Origin: Gammaproteobacteria bacterium
GTDB taxonomy: Bacteria > Pseudomonadota > Gammaproteobacteria > Eutrophobiales > Eutrophobiaceae
Assembly: GCA_965221695.1 (NCBI GenBank)
Contig: OZ244905.1
Location: 2,432,001-2,496,000 of the forward strand
DNA length: 64,000 nt
Direction: 5' to 3'
Part shown: positions 50,873 to 60,286 of the stretch, piece after piece
How positions within the stretch are numbered: the first letter of the stretch is position 1
Layout: the number at the start of each line of letters is the position of its first letter
Translations under genes and position numbers: made by a program
The notes under the pieces: model-generated
Told to the model about the DNA's origin: nothing
Database searches by the model: none
Seen by the model: only the letters and a program-made list of their open reading frames with translations

Positions 50873-51139
50873 ATGAGTTATTTTATCGAGCTTATATTGT
50901 TTATAGCCATCATAGTCTGGTTAACCCTGTGGCTTGTGCCATTGGAAACCTATCTCAGCTTTAATCGGAACACAGATGGTAAAGCCGTATACCTGGAGAA
51001 GAGGAATATGTTCGGGTCATGGGAGAAGACATCCCTCTTTTTTGGTTACTACAACAATTTATCAGCATGCTCGGACTTTAAAAATACATACACAAAAAAG
51101 TACTATGCTGACCAGTATCGATGCACATATGTCGAATAG
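50873..51139 (+). CDS. Small membrane-anchored hypothetical protein
   Basis: N-terminal TM helix, 2 Cys, SD AAGGA. Confidence 0.55.
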   Translation: MSYFIELILFIAIIVWLTLWLVPLETYLSFNRNTDGKAVYLEKRNMFGSWEKTSLFFGYYNNLSACSDFKNTYTKKYYADQYRCTYVE

Positions 51140-51198
51140 CTCATTGAGCGGAATCTCACGAAAATTTGCTGTGTAAAATTTTACTAACTGACCTATGC

Positions 51199-51400
51199 CA
51201 TTCCCTTGCAAACCGCGTTTTTTATGGGTGCAGGCTACGGAATCCAGTGAAGCAAAGGGTCCCCTTTCAGGCGACACAGTATTTAACTGGACTCCCGCTT
51301 CCGCGGGAGTGGTTTGGTGGCAGGGCGACGCTGTATTGGACTGGACTCCCGCTTTTCTGCCTTCCCCTGTATGGCGTTGAGCAGGGGCGGGAGTGGTATG
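51199..51400. repeat. Composite REP family D cluster with insertions inside hairpin loops
   Basis: CATTCCC[insert]GGAATCCAG, intact TGGACTCCCGCTTCCGCGGGAGTGG, and TGGACTCCCGC[insert]GCGGGAGTGG. Confidence 0.65.
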
Positions 51401-51470
51401 GGGTAATACCATGGTCTTTGTCAACAGTTATGTGCAGTCGGTGCGCACACAGATCTGATCATAAGGGTCT

Positions 51471-51735
51471 AGTACTCTTTCAACTTAATTTTGACATGTT
51501 CAGCGGGTCGGGAAGCGGTTGAGCGCAAGGCGCGGCGCTCAGGGAATGGCGCGCCCTTCGCAAGCGGCGCAACGACGCGGGCGACCGCTTCCCGGCCCGC
51601 CCGCAGGGAGCCACACAGCGACGCCAATACGGCGTTGCAGCCCTTGGCAAGGACTCGCCATTACCGGCGGGCTGCGCCTTGTCTTGGCGTCGCTGTGTGG
51701 CTCTGAACATGTCAAAATTACGTTGAAAGAGTACT
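51471..51735. mobile_element. 265-bp MITE (family B) with 33-bp TIRs
   Basis: AGTACTCTTTCAACTTAATTTTGACATGTTCAG / CTGAACATGTCAAAATTACGTTGAAAGAGTACT (32/33); GC-rich internal stems; partial copy at 22672-22770. Confidence 0.85.
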
Positions 51736-51795
51736 GGTGTTCCTGAGAGTTTCATCATCACATGGATTTCACGGCAATCAGCCAGTTACATTTCT

Positions 51796-53484
51796 TCACG
51801 CTCCATCCCCATCAAAGTGCGCAGCGGTAATCTCCGGCCAGTTGTCGGATGTTTCCCGGCAGGTTGTTGTAGGCACATGCGCTAATGCGGAAAGTGTTTC
51901 TTCCCGGCAGGGATGGGTCTGACTCAGGCTGACCGAGAGCGGTGTGGTCAGTGTCCTCATTGCGTTGATCACATCGGTTGCGAAAAACTCCTGCCAGATC
52001 AGGTGGTAATTATTGCCGCAGCGGAGCGCATCGAACAAGGACTGGTGAAGCGTCTCCGGATCCAGGCTCGGAGTATCCAGACGGATATTGGCGGCTAACG
52101 GCTCATGCCATGGCCAGAACAGCCGGGCGTCACGCAACGCGTACCAGAGTTTCGTGATATGCAACCCATACTCATCAGGCTCGATGGGCAACGCAAAACG
52201 GTCCTGCAACGCACTACGGGTTATCGCGCTCAGCAGCAGTGGGTTGTGCATTCCCGTGCTGACGAACATGTCGGGGTTGCGCCGGATCAAACCCGGCATG
52301 AACACACAAGCCGCGCCCAGGCTCAGCAATCGGCAAGCGTCAATACCAAGTGCAGCCAGCAGTTCCGACAATGCGGCAACGACCGTGCTGATGGAAAATC
52401 CGGCAGTCAGAACATCGGCGCTCTCGCCATGTCCCGGCAGGTCGGGACAGATAACGCGGTAGTGGCGAGAAAGGTCTGAAACCAGGGCGCGCGCCGAAGC
52501 CGCAGACCCCGCCAGGTCGTGCAACAACAACACTGTTGGGCGGTCCGGTTCACCCGCTGCCAGCATGGCAAGCTGTTGTTCGCCGATATCGATATAAGCG
52601 GGTTCAGGCTCTGCCGTTGGAGGGTCTTTATGGCGCCGATACCGCCACGCCAATTGTCTCTCTACGCGGCGCTCGCCCAACAATTCGATGATTCGATCAT
52701 CCAGCCTGCCGGGTCCCGATGGGATAATTTCCGACCAGGCATGTTCCGGCAGCGCGGGCAAGCGCTGACGGTGAGACTCGAGTACATCACCGCTGCGATA
52801 TAAGGCGGCGGCAGACGGAATGATATGCTTAATCGCCGCACTGTTATGATAACGGAACGCGGCGCCATACCCACCGCGGTAGTTATCGCCTGCATACATG
52901 AAATCCATGAACCAGCCATGCAGATAGTCCGCGTTCGGCATATCGTAATACATGCGCGCGCCGCGATCTTTCCTGTACCAGGGAAAGAAGATCGCCTGTT
53001 CGCGCAACCGCGCCCATAACCAGGTCAAATGGCTGCCGTCCCAGTTCGGTGTGAACGGCGGCAGATAATGCTCCAGGATATCGGCGCTTTCTTCTTCGGT
53101 GAACAGCGCGAGTCCGTCCAGGATCAGAAAATCGACCTTGTCCGGGAACCGCAGCGCAAATTCCAGCGCAATCAGCGCGCCGGTATGAACGCCGATGACC
53201 GTTGCCGGCGGAAGCTGAATGGCGTCCGCGAACTGATCCAGCGCGTGCGCGATGTCCTCAATGGTCGGCTCTGCTATCGGCAGCGGGTCGGACAGGCCAA
53301 AACCGGGACTGTCAGGCGCTATCACGCAATGACGGGAAACCAGTTTTTCCGCCAGCGGCAGCATGGCCGTTGAGGATTGAGGCGACTGGTGCAACAACAG
53401 CACGACCGATCCGGCGCCGCCCGAACGGAAGTGCGTCCATCGCCCCTGCACATTGATGAAATGCCGGTTAATCTGCCGGGACAT
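51796..53484 (-). CDS. Tandem two-domain alpha/beta hydrolase-fold protein (paralog of 43021), His at the elbow
   Basis: LHQSP...APDSPGFGLSD, GVHTG, DGSHLTWLW; second domain PDLPGHGES. Confidence 0.85.
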   Translation of the reverse strand: MSRQINRHFINVQGRWTHFRSGGAGSVVLLLHQSPQSSTAMLPLAEKLVSRHCVIAPDSPGFGLSDPLPIAEPTIEDIAHALDQFADAIQLPPATVIGVHTGALIALEFALRFPDKVDFLILDGLALFTEEESADILEHYLPPFTPNWDGSHLTWLWARLREQAIFFPWYRKDRGARMYYDMPNADYLHGWFMDFMYAGDNYRGGYGAAFRYHNSAAIKHIIPSAAALYRSGDVLESHRQRLPALPEHAWSEIIPSGPGRLDDRIIELLGERRVERQLAWRYRRHKDPPTAEPEPAYIDIGEQQLAMLAAGEPDRPTVLLLHDLAGSAASARALVSDLSRHYRVICPDLPGHGESADVLTAGFSISTVVAALSELLAALGIDACRLLSLGAACVFMPGLIRRNPDMFVSTGMHNPLLLSAITRSALQDRFALPIEPDEYGLHITKLWYALRDARLFWPWHEPLAANIRLDTPSLDPETLHQSLFDALRCGNNYHLIWQEFFATDVINAMRTLTTPLSVSLSQTHPCREETLSALAHVPTTTCRETSDNWPEITAAHFDGDGA

Positions 53485-54388
53485 TCTCAGTCGTTGCCAA
53501 TGTCGCTTCGACCAGCTCGATATACTCGCCGGCAGGGCCGATTACTACACCGGCGCGGCGCTCCAGGTACGGATATGATGGCGGGCGGGCGGTCCCGCCA
53601 ATATAGGGCAGGTCCGATTTCCACTCCGTCACCTCAAATGTCACCATGGCAATGCCGGCAGGCATGGAACCCGGAACAGTGTCTCGACGCATAGCCGTTT
53701 CAGGGTAACGATCCAACTCGATCAAAAAGCGTTCCGACAACTGTACTATGGACAGCTCGTGCAAGGTCTGCGGCGGCAGGCCATACGCGTTGGACAATAC
53801 GCCGATTCGGTATTGCATCGGCGCGGTCACGGTCATGCCCAGGACTGTCCGGTAAAACTCAGCGAGGGCGGAATGGTCGCGGGCGCCGACCACCATGATG
53901 AATACCCGGTCAACATATGTCTGCGCGGGCAGAAGGCCGAAACCGGATTTCTCCGGGTCGCTGATGCGGGTGAAATAGATCAACTCGCCCGCTGGCCCCA
54001 GCGCTTGCATGGCCTTGATGTTCTGTTTTTCTGTGAGATAACGCGGTTGGCCAACCACGCGAAAATGCGTTGAACGGTCCAACGTCCGCGCCAGGACATC
54101 GGGGTCTTGCGCGAGTATTTCCACCGCGTTCCAGCCCTCGGTTCGCATAGGCTCTACCTGCGCGCCGGAGGGGTCTTCTATGAAACGCAGATAAACGGCT
54201 TCGTTGCTTGAGGGCTGCAGCATTACATAGTCTTGGCCGGTGAGCGACGCTGCGTTCCAGGAGGCAGCTAGAGTTTGCGAGATCGCACCGCGCTGCGCGA
54301 CCTGGTATCCGAGTTCATCCCGATAGGCCTGTTCCACCTGCATCAGGTTGGCCGCCATGATGGTGACGATGAGGATGGTTTTCAGCAT
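53468..54388 (-). CDS. VOC/glyoxalase-like protein, probably exported
   Basis: GPAGELIYF and GPAGEYIELVE module ends, FYRTVLG; overlaps both neighbours. Confidence 0.7.
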   Translation of the reverse strand: MLKTILIVTIMAANLMQVEQAYRDELGYQVAQRGAISQTLAASWNAASLTGQDYVMLQPSSNEAVYLRFIEDPSGAQVEPMRTEGWNAVEILAQDPDVLARTLDRSTHFRVVGQPRYLTEKQNIKAMQALGPAGELIYFTRISDPEKSGFGLLPAQTYVDRVFIMVVGARDHSALAEFYRTVLGMTVTAPMQYRIGVLSNAYGLPPQTLHELSIVQLSERFLIELDRYPETAMRRDTVPGSMPAGIAMVTFEVTEWKSDLPYIGGTARPPSYPYLERRAGVVIGPAGEYIELVEATLATTENVPAD

Positions 54389-55818
54389 TTATCCGGCGCT
54401 CTGTACCACCAGGGGTCCCAACTTGTCTGGGTGTTCTCGATCAACGCCTTGCTTCTCAGGAAGCGCCGGATGGAGGCCGGTCCCATGCGCGAACCGCCCA
54501 TGCCGGAGGCCTTGAACGCTTGTTTCTCCCCCTCGTGCATAACGCTGGTCAACGCAGCATCATTGATGCTGATCGCGCCGGCGTCGAGCTTGCCGGCAAT
54601 ATGGCGGGCGCGCCCGATGTCATTCGCAAATACGGCTGCCGACAAGCCGTAAACGGTGTCATTGGCCAACTCAATGGCCTCGGCATCCGTATCAAAGGCC
54701 ATTACAGGGAGTATCGGTCCGAAGGTCTCTTCCGTCATCACCAGCATGTCGTGATTGGCATTTGACAATACCGTCGGTTCGCACCACAAGCCGCCATCAT
54801 GCTCAATGATTCTGCCGCCACATTCGGTATTAGCGCCCTTGGCAACGGCATCTTGAAGGTGAGTTTCGAGAATGTCCCGCTGGCGTTCGGATATGATCGG
54901 CCCAATCTCGCCCTTGTGGATATCATTGGTATTCGGCTTCAGGCGGCTGGCCTGGTGCGCGAGCGCCGCAATCAGCGCCTGGTAAATCGGGGCTTCAGCG
55001 TACACCCGTTCGACAGACAAGCAGGACTGTCCGGCATTCACCATGCCGCCCCAGCACAGCGCTGCGGTCGCGCGTTCTATGTCCGTGCCGGCGGTGACTA
55101 TCGCCGGGTCTTTGCCGCCCAGTTCAAGCTGCGCGGGGATAAAATTATCGGCGCAGGCCTTAGCCACCTGCCTGCCGGTCTTGACGCTGCCGGTAAAACA
55201 GACCAGGTCGGCATGGCCGATGAGCGCGCTGCCCAGGCTGCCGTCTCCGGGGAGAAAGCGGAACACCGTGGGCAGGTCCTTAACACCGGCAATGATATCC
55301 TGTAATGGTTCGACGAAACGGGGCGTGACCTCGCTCGGCTTGACAATCACTGCGCTGCCAGCCAGCAACGCAGGAATGGCATCGATGCAGGATAACAGCA
55401 GCGGAAAATTCCACGGCGAAATCACCAGCGTCAGCGGATAAGGCACAGCCTGGCTGCCGATCTCAATAAACGGCACAGAGGTGTTTTTGTTCTCCTCCAC
55501 GGTCAGCAGATCAGGCGCTAGCCCGCTCCAGCGCTCTATGCTGGAAATAACCGCGTTGATCTCCAGTTCGGTTTCTCCGACGCGCCCGGTATCGGCGCAC
55601 AGGGCATCAAACAGCCGATCGCGTTGATTGGACATGGCCTCAGCCAGTTGCAGCAGGGTCTGACAGCGCGCTTCCACCCCGCGTTCGAGCCACAGGGTCT
55701 GTGCGTGACGCAGATCGGCTGCCATCCGCACCAGTTCTGACGCTCCAACCTGCTCAAAGCGATAGTCGATTTTACCGGTACGAGGGTTGCGAACTTCGAT
55801 GAAAGGGTTAATCGTCAA
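54382..55818 (-). CDS. Aldehyde dehydrogenase
   Basis: ISPWNFP, KPSE, FTGS, LELGGKD, GQSC (catalytic Cys), EETFGP. Confidence 0.95.
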   Translation of the reverse strand: MTINPFIEVRNPRTGKIDYRFEQVGASELVRMAADLRHAQTLWLERGVEARCQTLLQLAEAMSNQRDRLFDALCADTGRVGETELEINAVISSIERWSGLAPDLLTVEENKNTSVPFIEIGSQAVPYPLTLVISPWNFPLLLSCIDAIPALLAGSAVIVKPSEVTPRFVEPLQDIIAGVKDLPTVFRFLPGDGSLGSALIGHADLVCFTGSVKTGRQVAKACADNFIPAQLELGGKDPAIVTAGTDIERATAALCWGGMVNAGQSCLSVERVYAEAPIYQALIAALAHQASRLKPNTNDIHKGEIGPIISERQRDILETHLQDAVAKGANTECGGRIIEHDGGLWCEPTVLSNANHDMLVMTEETFGPILPVMAFDTDAEAIELANDTVYGLSAAVFANDIGRARHIAGKLDAGAISINDAALTSVMHEGEKQAFKASGMGGSRMGPASIRRFLRSKALIENTQTSWDPWWYRAPDKC

Positions 55819-56229
55819 TATAATGTCCCGCTGTTCTTGTACTTGTCAGACTTCAGGGCCAGAGTGAGTCGCTCTGCAAGGCTTGCAGAAAGCAGTTTAC
55901 CGGCCATATTTCAATTACGCACACAGGCCAAATTGGCCTTTATTGCGTGAACCAAGCCGGGGTCAATTCAGAGCCGCACTCACCGAAAAGAAAGAAACTG
56001 TGCTGTCGTATTTTGGCCATTTTTTTGTACATTATGCCGTCAAAAATATACGAAAAGTGACGATAAGACAAACAGCGCATGTATACGCTTCTCTTCCTCT
56101 TTGACTTGGTTACAGCGTCGAGCTAGTATGTAAGAAGTGCCGTTCAGGCGCTATGCTTGCGCTCAGCTAAAGCAAATTGTACGCAGCGTGTAATGGTGAA
56201 AGATTACCAGGAAAACGGGTTCCCGCATA

Positions 56230-56943
56230 ATGAAACACAGAACAATACGCGGCAAAATTTTATACACCAGTCATAAACCTGATCGGTGGGGTCAGGAACG
56301 CGGGCGCGAATCATTTATCATCACAACGCATACAGATGGCAAACGCACTTTACGCGCGTTGTGTGAGATCGACGATCCGCCCACTGTTTTACGCGATGTG
56401 ACCCTGAGTCTGGATGCAGACTACTATCCACTGGATTGCTTTGTGCGGCTGACCATTGATGATGAGTTTGAAGGCTCAGGCTGGATGCGATTTAGTCATA
56501 ACAGCGCGGAAACGGAAATGTTCAACATCCGCGATGGGCGTGTCTCCCAGCGTTTTGAACTGGAACAACGTATACGATGGCTGGCTAGCCACCCCATATC
56601 CGGTGATAGCCTGGGTTTATATATTTATGACCGCAGACAGGGGCCAGGCAAGATGTTTTTTCCCGACATGATGGTGACGTCTCCCGACCACCGCGGCGCA
56701 ACAGGTCCGATGTTGTTCAAGCTGGGTTTTGGCATTGAGTATGTGGGCGATGAGCGGATCACGGTGCCAGCCGGCGAGTTTGATGCGCATCACTTTCGCT
56801 ATGTTGATACCGCCGGGCAACTGCCGGAGGAGCACCCTGAATACAATATCTGGTGCACAGCCGATAACGACTTTGTGTTTTTGCGCGGCGAAGTGGGTGG
56901 TTACATGCAAACGTATTACGAGTTGATTGACCTTGAGAGATAG
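56230..56943 (+). CDS. Hypothetical beta-rich protein
   Basis: 237 aa, first gene of a three-gene operon; VGDERITVPAGEFDA motif. Confidence 0.78.
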   Translation: MKHRTIRGKILYTSHKPDRWGQERGRESFIITTHTDGKRTLRALCEIDDPPTVLRDVTLSLDADYYPLDCFVRLTIDDEFEGSGWMRFSHNSAETEMFNIRDGRVSQRFELEQRIRWLASHPISGDSLGLYIYDRRQGPGKMFFPDMMVTSPDHRGATGPMLFKLGFGIEYVGDERITVPAGEFDAHHFRYVDTAGQLPEEHPEYNIWCTADNDFVFLRGEVGGYMQTYYELIDLER

Positions 56944-56955
56944 AGGATAAATGCT

Positions 56956-57243
56956 ATGCCGGCTTATATGGTTGTACAAGCTACCGTTACCAAACCCGAA
57001 CAGTTTTCTGAATATGCGCAACGCATGCCTGCCCTGGTTGAAAAACACGGGGGACGTTACCGGGCGCTGGGAGGCGAAGTTGAAATTCTGGAAGGAGATT
57101 GGGGTTACCAGGCGTTGGTGATATCCGAATGGCCGTCCATGCAAGCGGCGCGCGCCTTCTGGGATTCGGACGACTACGCAGAACTGAAAAAAGTGCGCGC
57201 AGGCGCGCTGGATGTCACCGTGTTATTAACGGACGGATTATAA
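56956..57243 (+). CDS. DUF1330 family protein
   Basis: HGGRYRALGG..EILEG, WPSMQAARAFWDSDDY..LK..R. Confidence 0.88.
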   Translation: MPAYMVVQATVTKPEQFSEYAQRMPALVEKHGGRYRALGGEVEILEGDWGYQALVISEWPSMQAARAFWDSDDYAELKKVRAGALDVTVLLTDGL

Positions 57244-57246
57244 CTT

Positions 57247-58281
57247 TTGACCTGCTACTACGCGCTGGCCTTACAGACCCGCTGTCGCGCCGTCAATGCC
57301 CTGGATGTCACCGAGGCGCGGCGTGCGATCCATGCCGCCATACAGACCTGCGCGCGCCAGATTGCGGCCAGCAAGGGATTCATCGGCGCCGATACCCGCC
57401 TGGTTGTTCTGCCTGAATACTTCCTGACCGGCTTCCCCATGGGTGATTCCGTGCCGGCCTGGGGCGAAAAAGCGGGCATAGAAATGGAAGGCGCTGAGTA
57501 TGAGGCATTGGGACGGATTTGCCAGGATAACGATATTTTTCTTTCGGGCAATGCTTATGAGTTGGACCCGGCGTTTCCCGGCCTTTATTTTCAGACTTGT
57601 TTCATCCTGGCCCCAAGCGGCGATGTAATCCATCGCTACCGGCGCCTGATTTCCCTGTTTGCGCCGACACCCCATGATGTCTGGGATCGTTACCTGGACC
57701 ATTATGGGATAGAAGGCGTATTTCCGGTGGCAGATACCGAACTGGGGCGTTTGGCGACTGTTGCTTCGGAAGAGATTCTGTACCCGGAAATTGCCCGTGC
57801 GCTGGCGCTGCGCGGCGCCGAGGCTATATTGCATTCAAGCAGTGAAGTGGGCAGCCCGGAACTCACGCCTAAGGACGTGAGCAAACGTGCCCGGGCCATC
57901 GAAAACCAGGTCTATGTCATCTCGGCCAATAGCGCCGGCATCAGCGGTATAGGGATACCGGAATCCTCAACGGACGGCATGTCAAAAATCATCAATGATC
58001 ATGGCCATGTGCTTGCCGTGGCCGGCCCGGGAGAGAGTATGGTTGCGAACCATGAAATCGACATCGCGTCCCTGCGCCGCCGCCGCCGCCGTCCCGGAAT
58101 GGCCAACCTGCTTGCGCGCCAGCGCCTGGAACTGTACGCCCATATCGCTTATCCGCAAACCCGCTACCCGGCCAATACCCTCCTGGATACCGCAGGCAAT
58201 ACAGTCACGCCAGACCGAGGGCACTTCATCGGCACGCAACGCGCCGTGATAGAGGACTTAATCAAACAAAACCTGATTTGA
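57247..58281 (+). CDS. Nitrilase-superfamily C-N hydrolase with non-canonical catalytic residues
   Basis: LVVLPEY, YRR, ASEEILYPEIARALALRGAE, RARAIENQVYVISAN. Confidence 0.88.
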   Translation: MTCYYALALQTRCRAVNALDVTEARRAIHAAIQTCARQIAASKGFIGADTRLVVLPEYFLTGFPMGDSVPAWGEKAGIEMEGAEYEALGRICQDNDIFLSGNAYELDPAFPGLYFQTCFILAPSGDVIHRYRRLISLFAPTPHDVWDRYLDHYGIEGVFPVADTELGRLATVASEEILYPEIARALALRGAEAILHSSSEVGSPELTPKDVSKRARAIENQVYVISANSAGISGIGIPESSTDGMSKIINDHGHVLAVAGPGESMVANHEIDIASLRRRRRRPGMANLLARQRLELYAHIAYPQTRYPANTLLDTAGNTVTPDRGHFIGTQRAVIEDLIKQNLI

Positions 58282-58358
58282 CCCGGATATCTTGGCCCGC
58301 ATTCCAGGCCAACATCATGAGGGCGCCTACAGAGAGCGCCGGAGAAGACTGTCCGTGA

Positions 58359-58640
58359 CTACTGGGCAACTCCGGGAGATAACATGACTTGCATCACTAT
58401 ACACACACCGGCAATGACAATGCCGGCAAACAGAAATGCACAGCTCACTGCCCACTTTATAAGTCGAGTTTCCAGCGCCGCAATATCAGCTTTGGTATTG
58501 CTTTCCAGTTTCGCAATATCAGACTTTGTCGCCAGGTGCGCTAACTCCGACATTTGAACCACATCCTCCGCTGCCCTGTTGGCGTTTTCTTGCGATGCGC
58601 CGACTTCAATCAATGCTTGGTAAAGCGCTGTGCTGGTCAT
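58359..58640 (-). CDS. Small coiled-coil protein with C-terminal TM (DUF1640/CCDC90-like)
   Basis: LATKSDIAKLE..TKADIAALETRLIKW + TM; SD GGGAGG. Confidence 0.7.
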   Translation of the reverse strand: MTSTALYQALIEVGASQENANRAAEDVVQMSELAHLATKSDIAKLESNTKADIAALETRLIKWAVSCAFLFAGIVIAGVCIVMQVMLSPGVAQ

Positions 58641-58821
58641 ATGGGTCACCTCCCTATCAGTTAAGTTGTAATCACGTCCTGGTCCGGTAGCTGTGCAGCT
58701 TCCGCCCATATCTGTAACCTACAGTTTTCCTTCCAGCTTGTCAAAGCAACATGGTCGCGATTCGATTATCTTAATACTCTAGCAAGGCCAGCTATGGCAG
58801 TTAGACGAGAGAGGGATGTCG

Positions 58822-60270
58822 TTATCCCTCTAGCCTGGCCAGTAGCGCGGTCTTGTCCAGTTTGCCTGATGCTTTTTTGGGCAAGTGATCCAGAAACACG
58901 TAACGGGTCGGAACCTTATACGGCGCCAGGTGTTGGCGGCAGTGTGCGTCCAGCGCCTCTATTGAGATGGCCTCGTCTGCTACGATGAACGCGGCAACGG
59001 TTTCCCCGAATTTCTCTGATGGTTCACCCACGACAGCAGCTTCCCTGATTGCGGGCATTTGCATCAGAACGGCCTCTATCTCAGCCGGATATATGTTCAC
59101 GGCGCCACGGTTGATGACATCCTTGTCGCGTCCGCGTAGCACGATATGTCCACTGTCCAGGCGGGCAGCCAGGTCCCCGGGGTAGAACCAGCCGTCGGCC
59201 GCGGCGGGATGTTCCTGTCCGTCTGCGTCGATAAAACGCATAGCGACACCGGGTCCGCGATAGCGCAAGCGGCCGGTTTCTCCCGGTTTTGCCGGTTTGT
59301 CCTCGCGGTCCACGATCTGAACTTCGGTTCTGAAGGTGGCCCGACCTGCGGTGTGCGCGTAGTCATTGAACTCGTCGGTATTCAACACGGAAATGCCACC
59401 GCCTTCGCTGGACGCATAATAGCCTATCAGTCCGGGGTTCACTTTTTCGCGTATCGCCTCTGCCTCGCCGGGGTACAGGGCGGCGCCGCTTATCAGCAAC
59501 TTATCCAATCGTGGGAACAATAACTGGTCCTTGTGCAGCGGCAGCAACCCGCGCAGTTGAGTCGGCGCCATGAATGTGACACTCGCGCGAGACCCATTTA
59601 CGGTCGAGACCAGTTGTTCGGGCGTATGCGGGGGCGGATCGAGAATGACCGTAGCGCCGGCGGCAAGAAAGCCCATCGCAAATGAACGTCCGGCGCCGAA
59701 GTACAGTGGCGTCAACCCCAGAAACCGATCTTGAGAGTTGAAACCGATAGTGACCCACTGGCTAATAAATCGCTGATACATCTGCTCATGGGTAACTTGC
59801 GCGCCCTTGGGCCTGCCGGTGGTCCCGGATGATAAGGATATGAGCAAAGGCAGGTCGGGATGATCCGGGATAGACGGCAGACGGGAGACATCGCCTGCTT
59901 GCAGGTCGCTGCTGATCCTGAGTGTGTCGATATGCGCCGGCGCGTCGCCATCTTCCTCCAGTATCAGCAGTTTTGCGTTGAATGCCGTCACGGTTCCGGC
60001 TTTTTCGGTCAGAGTCCAACGATGGTCGACCGGCAAGATCACTGCGCCGAGCCGGGCCAGAACATAGTGCAGGATCAAGTGGCAGGGGTGTTCTTTCAGA
60101 GCAAGGCCGACCCGGTCTCCCGATCTGATGCCGTGTGCGTGCAGGCAAGCCGCATAGTCTTCCAGGTATTGCCACAATTCGAGATAACTGATTCGTTCTG
60201 CGCGAAATTCAATGGCCGTCTTGTCGCCATAGCTGTCCGCGTGGCAGCGAAGGATGGAAGCCAGGTTCAT
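58822..60270 (-). CDS. AMP-dependent acyl-CoA synthetase/ligase
   Basis: SSGTTGRPKG, YASSE, GD, GRDKD, LPKKASGK. Confidence 0.92.
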   Translation of the reverse strand: MNLASILRCHADSYGDKTAIEFRAERISYLELWQYLEDYAACLHAHGIRSGDRVGLALKEHPCHLILHYVLARLGAVILPVDHRWTLTEKAGTVTAFNAKLLILEEDGDAPAHIDTLRISSDLQAGDVSRLPSIPDHPDLPLLISLSSGTTGRPKGAQVTHEQMYQRFISQWVTIGFNSQDRFLGLTPLYFGAGRSFAMGFLAAGATVILDPPPHTPEQLVSTVNGSRASVTFMAPTQLRGLLPLHKDQLLFPRLDKLLISGAALYPGEAEAIREKVNPGLIGYYASSEGGGISVLNTDEFNDYAHTAGRATFRTEVQIVDREDKPAKPGETGRLRYRGPGVAMRFIDADGQEHPAAADGWFYPGDLAARLDSGHIVLRGRDKDVINRGAVNIYPAEIEAVLMQMPAIREAAVVGEPSEKFGETVAAFIVADEAISIEALDAHCRQHLAPYKVPTRYVFLDHLPKKASGKLDKTALLARLEG

Positions 60271-60286
60271 GGATGGTTGTCAGGAG

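Noticed and set aside
55819-56229. Possible ncRNA or riboswitch in the 410-bp divergent gap
   Set aside because: Only short hairpins, with no recognisable riboswitch consensus; an Rfam search would be needed.
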